Assembly: GCA_041305465.1 (NCBI GenBank)
Contig: JBFYLJ010000214.1
Location: forward strand, 45 to 64,044
DNA from: Methanothrix sp.
Lineage (GTDB): Archaea > Halobacteriota > Methanosarcinia > Methanotrichales > Methanotrichaceae
Reading direction: 5' to 3'
Length of the DNA stretch: 64,000 bases
The notes beneath the pieces were generated by a model, which did not search any database, had not been told where the DNA came from, and saw only the letters and a program-made list of their open reading frames with translations. Of this stretch, positions 27,471 to 38,445 are shown in pieces. The position numbers and the translations under genes were made by a program. How positions within the stretch are numbered: position 1 is the stretch's first letter; each line of letters starts with the position of its first letter.

Positions 27471-29204
27471 TTGCTCCAGATTGAAAATCTGTCCAAGACA
27501 TACAGGGTGAAGGACAGAGATGTTGTGGCTCTTGAAAATGTCAGCTTCACCACCAGGCCAGGTGAGATTTTGGGATTGGTGGGAAAGAGCGGTGGCGGCA
27601 AAAGCACTCTCATGAAGATACTCAGAGGCATGGAGGACTTTGACAGCGGCAGGATAATCCTGGATGGCATGACCATCACACCGGACAGCGATGATGATGC
27701 AAAGAGAGCACAGATGACGATAACAGCCATACATCTGCAAAGAGATTTTGCGCTCTGGACGGAGACAGCTCTTAAAAACGTGGTGCGAAGAGTTAAAGCC
27801 AGGGAAACCGGCTATGAGGCTCTGCCTATTCCCGAGGACGCGGACTATGATGAGCTTTACCAGGAAGCCATGCACTACTTGCGGCTGGTGGGCCTGGGAG
27901 AAAAAGCACAACATCTGGCCACTATCCTCAGCGGCGGGGAGAAACAGAGGCTCCTTATTGCCAGGCAACTTGCCAAAAAACCCAAAATATTGCTGCTGGA
28001 TGAACCGGCCACCATGGCCTGTCCGGCCACCAAGCAAGAGGTGCTTGATGCCATCAAGAACGTGAACAAGGAGCTGGACCTGACCATAATCGTAGTATCG
28101 CATCTGCCTGAGATTCATGAGTATCTGGCAGATCGGCTGATTTGGCTGGAAAAAGGAAAGATCGTCGCCGATGGAAAGCCGAGGGAGATCCTGGACCGAT
28201 TTATGGCAGGGATTGGAAAGATGGAGCCTCTGGCATCCTGGCCCAATGCCCAGCCTCTCATTAAAGTAAGAGGTTTATCCAAGAGAGGCTGCCAGGTTTG
28301 CACAGGAGAGGTTCTCAATGTCCTTAAAATGGAGAACCTCAACTTCGATATAAACGAGAGCGAGATCACATCCATCATAGGCAACAGTGGCGGGGGGAAG
28401 ACAACACTTCTCAAGATCATGCAGGGCGTGAAACTGCCGGATGAGGGCAGCGTCTACTATCGTTATGGTGATAAGTGGGTGGACATGGTCGCCTACTCGT
28501 CCGACAGAATGAATGTGCGCCGGTCTTTAGGCATCATGTATCAGGAGTTTGCTCTTTATGCAGGCGAGACCATTCTCGATCAGATCGCCTACAAAATGGG
28601 CATCAAGGGCGTTGATGTCATTGACCATGCCCGTGCTATAGCCGAGGAGCTGGGCATAAGCGACAAGGTGCTTGATGTCATTTATGCCATGACAGATATG
28701 TCGGAAGAGGACGCTAAGGCCGCCCTTGAGGCACTGGGACTGACCAGAGACATATTCAAAGATCTGTTTCCCCGTTTTCCTACAACAGAGGCTCGCAAGT
28801 ATGCTGAGCCGATCTTTGATCTGATCTCCCTTGATAGAGAAGCCATGTGGAAGCTTCCCGAGCAACTGAGCGGTGGAGAGCTGGTAAGAGCATCTTTAGC
28901 AATTATCCTGGCTGCCAAGCCCAAGATTCTGATTCTGGACGAGCCTTTCGGAGATATCGATCCCATCACCATGCGTGAGGTCTCTAACGCCATCAAGATG
29001 ATCAATGCGCAGTTAGGAACCACCATAATCCTGGTCAGCCACCATGTTGATTTCGTGAAAGAGATCTCCCACCGGGCCATGCTCATTGATAACGGAGCCA
29101 TTGCTGCGGACGGAGATCCGGCAGAGGTCTGTAATGCCTTCCTGGCATCCTGTAATGCTCCTTATCTGAAGTACCTGGAAGAGCGCTATAGAGTTCACGG
29201 ATGA
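27471..29204 (+). CDS. atwA: Methyl-coenzyme M reductase system component A2 (dual ABC ATPase)
   Basis: Two ABC cassettes ([16 protein letters not shown]; [25 protein letters not shown]) and no TM partner. Confidence 0.88.
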   Translation: MLQIENLSKTYRVKDRDVVALENVSFTTRPGEILGLVGKSGGGKSTLMKILRGMEDFDSGRIILDGMTITPDSDDDAKRAQMTITAIHLQRDFALWTETALKNVVRRVKARETGYEALPIPEDADYDELYQEAMHYLRLVGLGEKAQHLATILSGGEKQRLLIARQLAKKPKILLLDEPATMACPATKQEVLDAIKNVNKELDLTIIVVSHLPEIHEYLADRLIWLEKGKIVADGKPREILDRFMAGIGKMEPLASWPNAQPLIKVRGLSKRGCQVCTGEVLNVLKMENLNFDINESEITSIIGNSGGGKTTLLKIMQGVKLPDEGSVYYRYGDKWVDMVAYSSDRMNVRRSLGIMYQEFALYAGETILDQIAYKMGIKGVDVIDHARAIAEELGISDKVLDVIYAMTDMSEEDAKAALEALGLTRDIFKDLFPRFPTTEARKYAEPIFDLISLDREAMWKLPEQLSGGELVRASLAIILAAKPKILILDEPFGDIDPITMREVSNAIKMINAQLGTTIILVSHHVDFVKEISHRAMLIDNGAIAADGDPAEVCNAFLASCNAPYLKYLEERYRVHG

Positions 29205-29210
29205 TCGGAG

Positions 29211-30326
29211 ATGGACGAGCAAATAGAGGAGATTTACCGGCAGCTGGCGGATCAGATAACGCTGGAGGATTTCCAGGCAAGAGTAGAGGAGAAGGTAGCC
29301 CTCATGGCGGGCTTATGCGACGGCAGGACGGCGGCAATGCTCGTTGCCCGGGACCTGGGAGCATCCGAGGTGCTGACCAAGATTGGCAGCATCCGGCCGG
29401 AGACGGGAAATGTTATTTTCACGGGCCGGGTGCTCGCCGTCTCCGAGGTACGAGAGTTTCCCCGTTCGGACGGGTCCATGGGACGGGTTGCCAATCTAAC
29501 GCTGGCCGATGAGACGGGATCTGTGCGCGTGGCTCTTTGGGATGAGACGGTGGAACTGGTCCGCTCCGGAGATCTCAAAGAAGGGCAGTGCCTCAAGGTT
29601 AGGGGTCTGGCCAAAGAGGGCTACACTGGGACTGAGGTTACTTTGGGCAGAGGCGGGGGCATCGAGGAGGTGGACCTGGACATATCCACCAGGGAAGCGC
29701 TCTACAAAATTGCCGAGATCAAGAGCGACATGAGCGATGTCAGCCTTCTGGGGGCCGTTGTGGATCCGGGCGAGATCAGGCAGTTCCTTCGTAAAGACGG
29801 AGGCCAGGGGCAGGTGCGCACAGTTCTCCTGGGAGATGAGACGGGCAAGATCAGGCTTACCCTCTGGGATACGCAGGCTGCCATGCCGCTCGATAAGGGT
29901 GAGACAATCGAGGTCACGAACGGCTCGTCTCGGGAGAGGTATGGATCGCTTGAGATTCAGACGGGAAGCTACAGCAGTGTCAAGAAGAGCAGCAAGAAGG
30001 TACAGTTCATAGAGAAGATGACGCCGATAGCCGATCTCAAGCCGGGCGTGCTCGCCAGCGTCAGTGGCTTTGTGACGGGTCTTGGAGAGGTGCGAGAGTT
30101 TCAAAGAGATGACGGAAAGGCGGGAAGAGTCGCTAATATCTACATCTCAGACGATACTGGTCGCATCAGAGTTGCTCTTTGGGGTGAACATGTGGATTTA
30201 TTGCAGGGCCTGGATCTGGGCTACAAAGCGGAGGTTATTGATGCACTGGCCAAGAGCGGTTGGAACGAGGAACTGGAGCTGTCTTGCGGATGGCGCACCA
30301 AGATTACTTTCGCTCCGCCTGGATAA
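29211..30326 (+). CDS. rpa: Replication protein A (three OB folds)
   Basis: Three repeats of EVREF.R.DG..GRV....DETG.IR..LW; adjacent to radA. Confidence 0.9.
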   Translation: MDEQIEEIYRQLADQITLEDFQARVEEKVALMAGLCDGRTAAMLVARDLGASEVLTKIGSIRPETGNVIFTGRVLAVSEVREFPRSDGSMGRVANLTLADETGSVRVALWDETVELVRSGDLKEGQCLKVRGLAKEGYTGTEVTLGRGGGIEEVDLDISTREALYKIAEIKSDMSDVSLLGAVVDPGEIRQFLRKDGGQGQVRTVLLGDETGKIRLTLWDTQAAMPLDKGETIEVTNGSSRERYGSLEIQTGSYSSVKKSSKKVQFIEKMTPIADLKPGVLASVSGFVTGLGEVREFQRDDGKAGRVANIYISDDTGRIRVALWGEHVDLLQGLDLGYKAEVIDALAKSGWNEELELSCGWRTKITFAPPG

Positions 30327-30383
30327 CGTTGTTAAAGAAGACCTGTGATTTCTCATTGAGGAAGATTTTAAGGAACTGGGAAG

Positions 30384-31361
30384 ATGTCGATAAAATTACT
30401 GGAAGATCTGCCGGGTGTGGGTCCGGCCACTGCGGAAAAGCTGCGCGAGGCCGGCTTTAGCTCCGTGGAAGCTATAGCGGTTGCCTCTCCTGGCGAGCTG
30501 GTGGCCGCGGCAGAAGTGGGAGAAGCCACAGCTGCTAAGATCATTGCCGGGGCCAGAGAGGCCGCGGATGTAGGCGGCTTTGAGACGGGAGACCGAATCC
30601 TGGAGCGCAGGCGTCTGGTAGGCAAGATCACCACCGGCAGCAAGAACCTCAATGAACTTCTGGGCGGGGGTATGGAGACTCAATCCATTGTGGAGCTGTA
30701 CGGCGAATTCGGATCAGGCAAGACGCAGGTGGCCCATCAGATGGCCATAAACGTGCAACTGCCAACTGAAATGGGTGGCTTGCACGGTTCGGTAGTCATT
30801 ATCGACACTGAGAACACCTTCCGTCCGGAGCGCATCGCTCAGATGGTGAAAGGCCTGCCCCCTGCGCCGGATGGCCTGGACCGCGACCCGGCCGATTTCT
30901 TAAAAAACATCAGTGTGGCCAGAGCCTTCAACTCCAATCACCAGATCCTCCTGGCAGAGAGCGCTATGGACCTGGCAGAGAAGGCAAGGGAATCTGAATA
31001 TCCTGTGCGCCTGATCATCGTAGACTCGGTAACGGCTCACTTTAGGGCGGAGTATGTGGGGCGGGGCACACTCGCTAACCGGCAGCAAAAGCTCAACAAG
31101 CACCTGCACGATCTGATGCGCTTTGGCGATCTGAACAATGCCCTGATTCTGGTGACCAATCAGGTCATGAGCAAGCCGGATACCTTCTTTGGCGATCCGA
31201 CCAAACCTGTGGGCGGGCACGTTCTTGGGCATACGTCCACTTTCAGAATATATCTGCGAAAGTCCAAAGGAGAAAAACGAATTGCCAGGCTGGTGGACTC
31301 ACCCAATCTGCCGGACGGCGAGGCGGTCTTCTCCGTGACCATGGAAGGGCTAAAAGATTAA
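30384..31361 (+). CDS. radA: DNA repair and recombination protein RadA
   Basis: Hh[35 protein letters not shown]. Confidence 0.97.
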   Translation: MSIKLLEDLPGVGPATAEKLREAGFSSVEAIAVASPGELVAAAEVGEATAAKIIAGAREAADVGGFETGDRILERRRLVGKITTGSKNLNELLGGGMETQSIVELYGEFGSGKTQVAHQMAINVQLPTEMGGLHGSVVIIDTENTFRPERIAQMVKGLPPAPDGLDRDPADFLKNISVARAFNSNHQILLAESAMDLAEKARESEYPVRLIIVDSVTAHFRAEYVGRGTLANRQQKLNKHLHDLMRFGDLNNALILVTNQVMSKPDTFFGDPTKPVGGHVLGHTSTFRIYLRKSKGEKRIARLVDSPNLPDGEAVFSVTMEGLKD

Positions 31362-31547
31362 AGGGTGAATAGGGTGATAAGGCGTCTTAGAAGGGACTGT
31401 AGTCTTGATCGGTACAGAGGCCCCATCACCTAATACTACTTATGCACATCTAATATATATTTCTTTTGTTATTAGATATAGACAATTGCGATAATCTAAT
31501 GCGGATAACCCTATGAATAGAACGCTAATTCAATAGCTGCCTGTATC

Positions 31548-31733
31548 TTATTTTGTCCCTGCGAATCGTTTGATAGTCTCTCTTTTGCGCTGCCACCTGC
31601 GAGCTTCTCTTGCTTTGTCCTCTTCCAATATGGCCATGCGCCCTGACTTATTTGCTAAATCATTCTTTTTCTTTTTCGCTTGATCTATGATTGGTTGATC
31701 TGTGCTCTTTTGATCCATACTGATTTGATCCAT
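31548..31733 (-). CDS. Small hypothetical protein with DQxxx pentad repeats and a basic tail
   Basis: AGGTGA RBS upstream; MDQIS-MDQKS-TDQPI-IDQAK. Confidence 0.55.
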   Translation of the reverse strand: MDQISMDQKSTDQPIIDQAKKKKNDLANKSGRMAILEEDKAREARRWQRKRETIKRFAGTK

Positions 31734-31944
31734 GCTCTTTTCACCTGAATTGTCATTGGATAAATTTCTGTAGACGAAATGCGCGAACAGAAAATATTCA
31801 ATTATTAAATGGGGATGATTCTATATAAAGTCTATGTAGGGCGCACGGATTATTCTTCCTGCCCAAGTCCAATGCTTTGCAGGAATAGTCGCAGGAATAG
31901 TCCCACCCAAAGCTTTAATCTCACCTCACCCTTTTCCTCTCACC

Positions 31945-33465
31945 ATGAACTTCGCTCGACTCTTCCGGTCAAAACCATCGCCTCGCATTGCCAGTAGCCC
32001 GCCCTTCAATTACCTTGATCTTCGCAGCAAACCATTTTACATTGTAGCCTCGGTGGAGGTGGGCAATACCACCACCAAATGCGTTCTTACTGCCACGGAC
32101 ATGAACACAGGCAAGACCTACATCGTCAACAAGACTGTGAAGATGACCAGAGACGTGCGCAGGCCAAAAGCTGGTGAGGAGATATTTGCTCATACCATCA
32201 ACGGCACGCCTCTTACCAGAGAGTCGATTGCCGAACTGGTAAAAAATACCCTCATCGAGAGTCACGAGAGAGCCCGCCTGGATATCAAGACCGACCTGCA
32301 CTTCGTGGTGCGGTCCACTGGCGTGGTGGCCGAGCTGGACTCGCCAGATCAGGTTGGAGCCTTCATTCAGGCGCTGGCCAAGGGCTGCCTCGATGCCGGG
32401 GTTCCGCCCCGTCTTATGACCCCCGCCATGAGCATCCATAACATCCTGGAAAGGTTCAAGCGCTACACCATGATTGAGAAGGTGATTTTCATGGGAGCTG
32501 TGGCCTCTTGTTTTCCGCCGCAGGGCTCTACCGGTGTTGAGGTAGTGGCCAACGAGATGGAAGGAGAGCTTGCCACTGCCGGCATAAAGGAAGGCAGCCG
32601 ATGGACTGATGTGGACTTTCGCAATCCCTGTCTCTCCATGGACTTTGGCACCACACTGGACGGAAGGGTGACAAGCGACGATCTTCCTTATGCTTACACC
32701 ATCGGCAATCTTCTGGGACTGGCCGGAGCCATTCCTGATGCCGTTGTCCAGGGAACGGGACTTGTGGACAAGATGACCGGAGCCACACTGGATATCTTCA
32801 ATGGCAATACCAAGCCCGACTATGGCAAAGAGGCGCAGCAGTACGCCGATCAGATTGATGAGCTGGTGACAATTGAGAAGGTTCCTGCCAGCCGCACCAA
32901 ATATGGTCTTGTGCCGGTCTGCCCGCAAGCTGCCGCCCAGAATAACGTGGTGCTCATCGGCTGCGATGTTGGGGTGAACGGCAGCGATCTTTCCAAGCTC
33001 AGCAAGATCGGCGCCGATATTTACAGATCCAAGAACCTGAAGACTCTTTTCGGCACTCTGGATATAGCCATGGCCCGCGCGGCCTGTCGGCTGGTGCAGG
33101 TGGGTGTCGAGGAGGGTGTCGTCAGCAAGAATACCACCCTGGGAGTGACCGGAAGGGCGGGGATCAGCGGCGGCAAGCCCGCCCTTATTTTGGAGGAGAT
33201 TGAAAAACTGGGGCTGTACGACCAGGTGGAGAAGAACGTGGTCTTTGTGGATGATGGCCTGGCTCGGGGCGCGGCTGTCATGGCCCGCTGCATGAACTCC
33301 ATGGGCACTCCCAAAAATCCGTTGGGAGGCCTGCGAGGCAGCAGGTGCATCCTCAAAGAGAGAATGGACTATGAATCCCGCAAAGGCGATGCGGCTGTGC
33401 CCCAGCAGGCGAGACCGGACAAAGATACGCAGGCTTATTTTGTGGGAGGACACAAGAGAGTTTAG
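31945..33465 (+). CDS. Methanogenesis marker protein 14
   Basis: YIVASVEVGNTTTKC.L.AT, VVRSTGV, DFRNPC.S.DFGTTL.GR, DDGLARGAA.MARCMNS.G.P..P.GG. Confidence 0.92.
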   Translation: MNFARLFRSKPSPRIASSPPFNYLDLRSKPFYIVASVEVGNTTTKCVLTATDMNTGKTYIVNKTVKMTRDVRRPKAGEEIFAHTINGTPLTRESIAELVKNTLIESHERARLDIKTDLHFVVRSTGVVAELDSPDQVGAFIQALAKGCLDAGVPPRLMTPAMSIHNILERFKRYTMIEKVIFMGAVASCFPPQGSTGVEVVANEMEGELATAGIKEGSRWTDVDFRNPCLSMDFGTTLDGRVTSDDLPYAYTIGNLLGLAGAIPDAVVQGTGLVDKMTGATLDIFNGNTKPDYGKEAQQYADQIDELVTIEKVPASRTKYGLVPVCPQAAAQNNVVLIGCDVGVNGSDLSKLSKIGADIYRSKNLKTLFGTLDIAMARAACRLVQVGVEEGVVSKNTTLGVTGRAGISGGKPALILEEIEKLGLYDQVEKNVVFVDDGLARGAAVMARCMNSMGTPKNPLGGLRGSRCILKERMDYESRKGDAAVPQQARPDKDTQAYFVGGHKRV

Positions 33466-33468
33466 AAT

Positions 33469-34182
33469 ATGCCTTCCGATAGACATCGCCAACCGATCTA
33501 CGAAGGAAAGGAGATACCAATATCCGTCCAAGCCGTAGAACGAAGAGAGGAGATGCTCTGGACGGCAGAGGAGCCTGCACTGGAGCAGGCTTTTCCCCCC
33601 TGCATCAAGGGCATATTGGCCAAAGCTGCAGGTGAGAAGGGCAAGCATAGAACCGCCGCCATCCTGGCAGCATTTCTAGGACAGACAGGCTACTGCCGCC
33701 AGGAGGCAAAAGGAATCTGGTCGAGCGCCGCTGTCGCAGAAGAGCGGATCTTTGAGGAGTGGTTCATGAAGATGCACTGCCCCAAATGCAGGGTTATGAA
33801 GCGGCAGAGCAAAGGCTACCCTGATCTTGGGATAGCTGACCTGGGACTGTGCCAGCCGGATGAGGCATGCCAGAAGTTTGAGAGTCCGGTGGAGTATGCT
33901 TGCGGCATAGGATCGATTGAGGATCGAGAAAAGGGAACTCTTTTGCATATCAAAACCCAGTATATGGTCCGGATCTTCGATTGGTCTACAGGCAGAGAGG
34001 GGGAGATAGAGCTATCGCAAAAGGAAAAAGATACATTGGATGCTCTGCAGGCGGAGAAGTCTCGGCAGAAGGATAAGGTCCTTGTCTATGCAAGGGTGCG
34101 GGTTAGGGGAAAGCTGAAACCCAGATTCTTCCTGCGGGATTGGGAAGGCCCGCGCCGACAGATGCTATCGGATGTTTTTTGA
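33469..34182 (+). CDS. Hypothetical protein with a PriL C-terminal (4Fe-4S)-like domain
   Basis: FPPCIK..L.....G.H....LAAFL ... CPKC ... LGLC.PD..C....SP..Y. Confidence 0.65.
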   Translation: MPSDRHRQPIYEGKEIPISVQAVERREEMLWTAEEPALEQAFPPCIKGILAKAAGEKGKHRTAAILAAFLGQTGYCRQEAKGIWSSAAVAEERIFEEWFMKMHCPKCRVMKRQSKGYPDLGIADLGLCQPDEACQKFESPVEYACGIGSIEDREKGTLLHIKTQYMVRIFDWSTGREGEIELSQKEKDTLDALQAEKSRQKDKVLVYARVRVRGKLKPRFFLRDWEGPRRQMLSDVF

Positions 34183-34258
34183 CGAATTGATTTCTATTGG
34201 CATTGGCCGAGCTATCTAACGGCTCTCGCGTATTCACTGGCTGCGACAGCTCGCAAAT

Positions 34259-34948
34259 TCAAATATCCCTTGACATTCGCGAGAGCCGACCAATCAGCCA
34301 CTTGGTGAGAAATCCGGTCAGGAAGCAGACGAACATGATAGAAAACTCCCGGCTCTCTGTGCCGCCGTCCTGAGCGATAAAGCCGGAACTGACGAAGAGA
34401 TAGGCCATGTAGCCGAAGACCATAGCCAGCAGCGGCAATGCCATGTACCAGAGCCTCTTGTAGCGCGAGGCCATGCCATATCGGCGCAGGTCGTCGGCAA
34501 TTCCAGTCAGGATCTGGGCCGAGGAGCCCAGGCCAGCGAAGAACGAGGACCAAAGGGGCACGCCCAGAACGCTCACCTCTGAGAATCTGGTGATCAGGAA
34601 GCTGAAGAGTATGGCAGCGATAGCGGCAAAGATCACAGCATAAAGCCCATAGAGCTTGAAGAAGTATGAGATGGTGCGCAGGCTGTGAAATCGGGAGCCT
34701 TTGATCTTGATCTTGGCATCGTTGATGGCTGAGGTAAGCTCATACTTGGCCCGATCGCAATAGAGGTATGACTCGGAGAGGTTTTCTTTATTAAACTCCT
34801 TTAAAGCCAAAACGTAAAAGTCGTAGCTGTCTTTTATGTCGATACAACTTCGGTGGGCTGCCTGAAGCATGCGGTCAAGCCTCTTGAGGTCTACTTCTAC
34901 CTCAGAGCATGATTGCGGGATACAGCAGGCTTTAGAGTTGGCGTCCAC
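34259..34948 (-). CDS. Hypothetical membrane protein (soluble helical N-domain plus 4 TM)
   Basis: Long ORF with four hydrophobic segments. Confidence 0.7.
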   Translation of the reverse strand: MDANSKACCIPQSCSEVEVDLKRLDRMLQAAHRSCIDIKDSYDFYVLALKEFNKENLSESYLYCDRAKYELTSAINDAKIKIKGSRFHSLRTISYFFKLYGLYAVIFAAIAAILFSFLITRFSEVSVLGVPLWSSFFAGLGSSAQILTGIADDLRRYGMASRYKRLWYMALPLLAMVFGYMAYLFVSSGFIAQDGGTESREFSIMFVCFLTGFLTKWLIGRLSRMSRDI

Positions 34949-35120
34949 AACTAAATTAGTAACTAGATTAATATAAATAGTTTTCGTGTATCAAAAAATG
35001 TGCCTTACATACTAAAAATAATTTTCATGGATTTGAATTTTCGATCCTGTGAAAATTATCCGAATATATCCTGGGCGGACTTTTTTTATCTGATAAAATA
35101 TGAAAATAATTTCTTTCGGA

Positions 35121-35402
35121 TCATACCATCGCCACCTTTCTCGCTGCCTTTATCTGGCGAAGAAGCCTCTCCTTTAGCGAGCCCTTATGCCTTCTGTCAG
35201 CAGAGGACTTTATGGAAAACCCAGGCGATGCGATCTGATGAATCTCCTCGATCATGCTCTCGGCAATGTTGCAGCATTCGTCCATCCCGCGATCCAGAGC
35301 ATAGTCATTTTCTTTAATAACTTCTTTCATACGTTTAGATATTCTGTCTTCATTAAAAAATTTTTCCCTCTCTAAAAATACTCGATTCTTGTGCCATCCC
35401 AA
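35121..35402 (-). CDS. Hypothetical protein
   Basis: Charged 93-aa ORF in an intergenic gap; start uncertain. Confidence 0.35.
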   Translation of the reverse strand: MGWHKNRVFLEREKFFNEDRISKRMKEVIKENDYALDRGMDECCNIAESMIEEIHQIASPGFSIKSSADRRHKGSLKERLLRQIKAARKVAMV

Positions 35403-35507
35403 AAATCAGTCCATTCCGGCCTTGTCTGGCATTATCTGCGCAACCGGACAGGAGCCGTGAGCGGCTGGCCGCCATACTTTAAATACTCTGTGGAATAATA
35501 ATATGTC

Positions 35508-36071
35508 ATGCTTGATGATCAGATCTTCTGTCCTACCTGTGGTACCGATACAGAGCATTCATTGATCAAAACCGGCCAGGAGAATCTAGTGCGATGTGTT
35601 GAATGCGAGACGGTTCATTCCGTTCAGGTAGAACGCGAGCGGCTGGTCAATCTTAAAGTCATTGTGAGCAATGATGAGCAATCTGCGCCATACTTCATTA
35701 AAATCCCGGCTAAAGAGATGCTGCGCGTCGGAGATGAACTCCTGGTGGACGATCCCGCCAAAGATGTGGTCATGACAGAGATCGCATCTATTGAAACAGA
35801 TCGCAGGGTGAGCAGCGCTCCGGCTGAGATGGTATTGACCGTCTGGGCTCGGGCTACGGATGAGGTGCCGCTCAAAATCTCAGTCTATCGAAACGGCAAG
35901 ACCCATTCGCTCAAGATCAACGTTGCCGGCGATGAGGTATTTGAGGTAGGGGACGCTAGAAAAGTGGACGGATTCAAATTCGTCATCGTTAAGATGAAGC
36001 TGCGCGGCGAGGGTTTTGCCGATTCGGCCGAGGCCAAAGACATACAGAGGGTATGGGGTCGGGAGCTTTGA
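35508..36071 (+). CDS. HVO_0476-family zinc finger protein
   Basis: CPTC..TEH...VRC.EC..VH; typical location upstream of pcm. Confidence 0.85.
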   Translation: MLDDQIFCPTCGTDTEHSLIKTGQENLVRCVECETVHSVQVERERLVNLKVIVSNDEQSAPYFIKIPAKEMLRVGDELLVDDPAKDVVMTEIASIETDRRVSSAPAEMVLTVWARATDEVPLKISVYRNGKTHSLKINVAGDEVFEVGDARKVDGFKFVIVKMKLRGEGFADSAEAKDIQRVWGREL

Positions 36072-36697
36072 ACAGAGAAGAACTCCTGGGCAGTTTGCAG
36101 GGCAACGTAAAGCAAGCCGTCATAGCAGCCATGTCCCGCGTTCCCAGAGAACTTTTCATTCCCGAGGCACTCAAAAGCCGGGCGTACCAGGACACACCCC
36201 TTCCCATAGGAGAAAGCCAGACCATTTCAGCTCCTCACATGGTGGCCATAATGTGCGATCTTCTTGATCTGCAGCCAAAAATGACCGTCCTGGAGGTGGG
36301 AGGAGGAAGCGGCTATCATGCCGCTGTGATGGCGGAAATGGTGGGCCCTAATGGGATAGTATATTCTGTGGAGCGCAAGCCGGAGCTGGTGGCCGTGGCC
36401 AGAAAGAATCTGGAAAGTGCCGGCATAGCAAATGTGACCATGATCGAGGCTGATGGAAGCCTGGGCCTGGCGGAGCGGGCACCTTACGATCGCATAAGCG
36501 TGGCTGCCGCTGCCCCCAGAGTGCCCGAGCCGCTCAAGCAGCAACTGAAGGTGGGCGGCAAGATGGTCCTGCCCGTGGGCCGGGACTATCAGGAGCTTTA
36601 TTTGGTGACAAGAGTGAACGGTTTTTCCATTGAGGAGAAGATGGGCGTGATCTTCGTTCCGCTCATTGGAAAAGAGGGTTTCAAAGAGCAGATCTAA
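36053..36697 (+). CDS. pcm: Protein-L-isoaspartate O-methyltransferase
   Basis: [36 protein letters not shown]. Confidence 0.95.
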   Translation: MGSGALNREELLGSLQGNVKQAVIAAMSRVPRELFIPEALKSRAYQDTPLPIGESQTISAPHMVAIMCDLLDLQPKMTVLEVGGGSGYHAAVMAEMVGPNGIVYSVERKPELVAVARKNLESAGIANVTMIEADGSLGLAERAPYDRISVAAAAPRVPEPLKQQLKVGGKMVLPVGRDYQELYLVTRVNGFSIEEKMGVIFVPLIGKEGFKEQI

Positions 36698-36714
36698 TAT
36701 ATTCGCGGCAACTA

Positions 36715-38235
36715 TTGACTCTTGAGATGAAGCCCTTAGCAATCATAATCATGGACGGCTTCGGCATAAGCCCAACAGTTGAGGGCAATGCCATTGCCAG
36801 GGCGAATAAGCCCAACCTGGATCGATTCTGGAAGAATTACCCGACGACCACTCTTGCTGCTTCTGGCCTGGCGGTGGGATTGCCGCGCGGTCAGATGGGC
36901 AATTCAGAGGTGGGCCACCTCAACATTGGAGGCGGTCGCATCGTCTATCAGGACTATACCCGAATCAGCCTGGCAGTTGAGCAGGGCACAATCGCCGAGA
37001 ACGGGGTATTGCTGCGGGCAATGGAGAAATCAAGAGGCTCCAGGCTTCATCTCATCGGCCTTCTCTCCGATGGCGGAGTGCACAGCCATAACACCCACCT
37101 TTATGCTCTCCTGGAGATGGCCGGGAAGATGGGTCTTGTGAATGTCTATGTGCACGCTGTTTTGGACGGCAGGGACGTGCCTCCCAGAAGTGCCCTTACC
37201 TACTTGCAAGAGCTGGAAGAGAAGCTTCAGCAGATCGGCACTGGCAAGGTGGCTACAGTCTCGGGTCGCTACTACACGATGGACAGGGACAAAAGATGGG
37301 AGAGGGTGGAGAAGGCCTATCGCTGTCTTACCGATGGAGAAGGTCTGCGGGCAGCTACCGCCAGGGATGCAGTGGAAAACAGCTACCTGAGAGGCGAAAA
37401 TGACGAATTTGTCCTGCCAACCCTTATTGACGATGAGGGACTGGTTCAGGATGGCGATAGCATCATATTCTTCAATTTCCGGCCGGACCGAGCCCGCGAG
37501 ATCACCAGAGCCTTTGTGGATATGGATTTTCAGGGCTTTGCCCTTAAGCCGATCAGGGTTTTCTATACATGCATGACCCAGTACGATGCCACACTAAACG
37601 TGCCCATTGCCTTTCCTGCGCAAGATCTGGACGATACTCTCGGCCAGGTGGTTAGCAGAGCCGGCCTCCAACAGCTACGCATAGCCGAGACGGAGAAATA
37701 TGCCCATGTCACATACTTCTTTAACGGCGGAAAGGAAGAGCCCAACCCCGGAGAAGACCGGTGCCTTGTGCCTTCTCCCAAAGTTGCTACCTACGACCTG
37801 ATGCCGCAGATGAGCGCCTTGAAGGTTCGAGACGAGGTGATAGAACGCATCCAAAGCGGCAAGTATGACCTAATTGTTCTCAATTTCGCCAATCCCGATA
37901 TGGTGGGCCACACCGGCATATTCGACGCTGCTGTGAAAGCGGTCGAGGTGGTGGACGGTTGCGTGGGGCTAGTAGTCGATGAGGTTCTCAAAATGGGCGG
38001 ATGCGTGCTCCTCACGGCTGATCACGGCAATGCTGAAAAGATGGTAGATCTGACAACCGGCCAGCCGCATACTGCTCATACCACCAATCCTGTTCCCTTC
38101 ACGCTGATAATAGACGACGTCCGGGAGTACAACCTTCGCGAGGATGGTATCCTGGCGGATATTGCGCCCACGGTATTGCAGCTCCTCGGCATCCCTCAGC
38201 CGAAAGCAATGACCGGAAAGAGCCTGATCAGATAG
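36715..38235 (+). CDS. gpmI: 2,3-bisphosphoglycerate-independent phosphoglycerate mutase (bacterial-type)
   Basis: GQMGNSEVGH, SDGGVHSH, AETEKYAHVT, NPDMVGHTG, ADHGNAE. Confidence 0.96.
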   Translation: MTLEMKPLAIIIMDGFGISPTVEGNAIARANKPNLDRFWKNYPTTTLAASGLAVGLPRGQMGNSEVGHLNIGGGRIVYQDYTRISLAVEQGTIAENGVLLRAMEKSRGSRLHLIGLLSDGGVHSHNTHLYALLEMAGKMGLVNVYVHAVLDGRDVPPRSALTYLQELEEKLQQIGTGKVATVSGRYYTMDRDKRWERVEKAYRCLTDGEGLRAATARDAVENSYLRGENDEFVLPTLIDDEGLVQDGDSIIFFNFRPDRAREITRAFVDMDFQGFALKPIRVFYTCMTQYDATLNVPIAFPAQDLDDTLGQVVSRAGLQQLRIAETEKYAHVTYFFNGGKEEPNPGEDRCLVPSPKVATYDLMPQMSALKVRDEVIERIQSGKYDLIVLNFANPDMVGHTGIFDAAVKAVEVVDGCVGLVVDEVLKMGGCVLLTADHGNAEKMVDLTTGQPHTAHTTNPVPFTLIIDDVREYNLREDGILADIAPTVLQLLGIPQPKAMTGKSLIR

Positions 38236-38445
38236 TAAGAACCCAGGAGGAATGCCTTCTCCTTACTATTGCATGATATGAAATCAACGGCTGCATGCTC
38301 AGCAGCTGCATATTATGCGGATGCAATGCCCCATCCATGATTTCTGTTCGTGCGGGCCGCTTTTGCATTCATAATCTGATTTACTTGACCCAAAGGTTTT
38401 TCTTCAGATCCATCAATATTAAAATAATCTGTTAGGTGGATTATC

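Noticed and set aside
31879-31902. 12-bp tandem duplication GCAGGAATAGTC x2
   Set aside because: Only two copies with no spacer; probably slippage, not CRISPR.
31969-33648. 559-aa antisense ORF
   Set aside because: It shadows the well-conserved marker 14 gene and has no recognisable motifs; typical reverse-frame artefact of codon bias.
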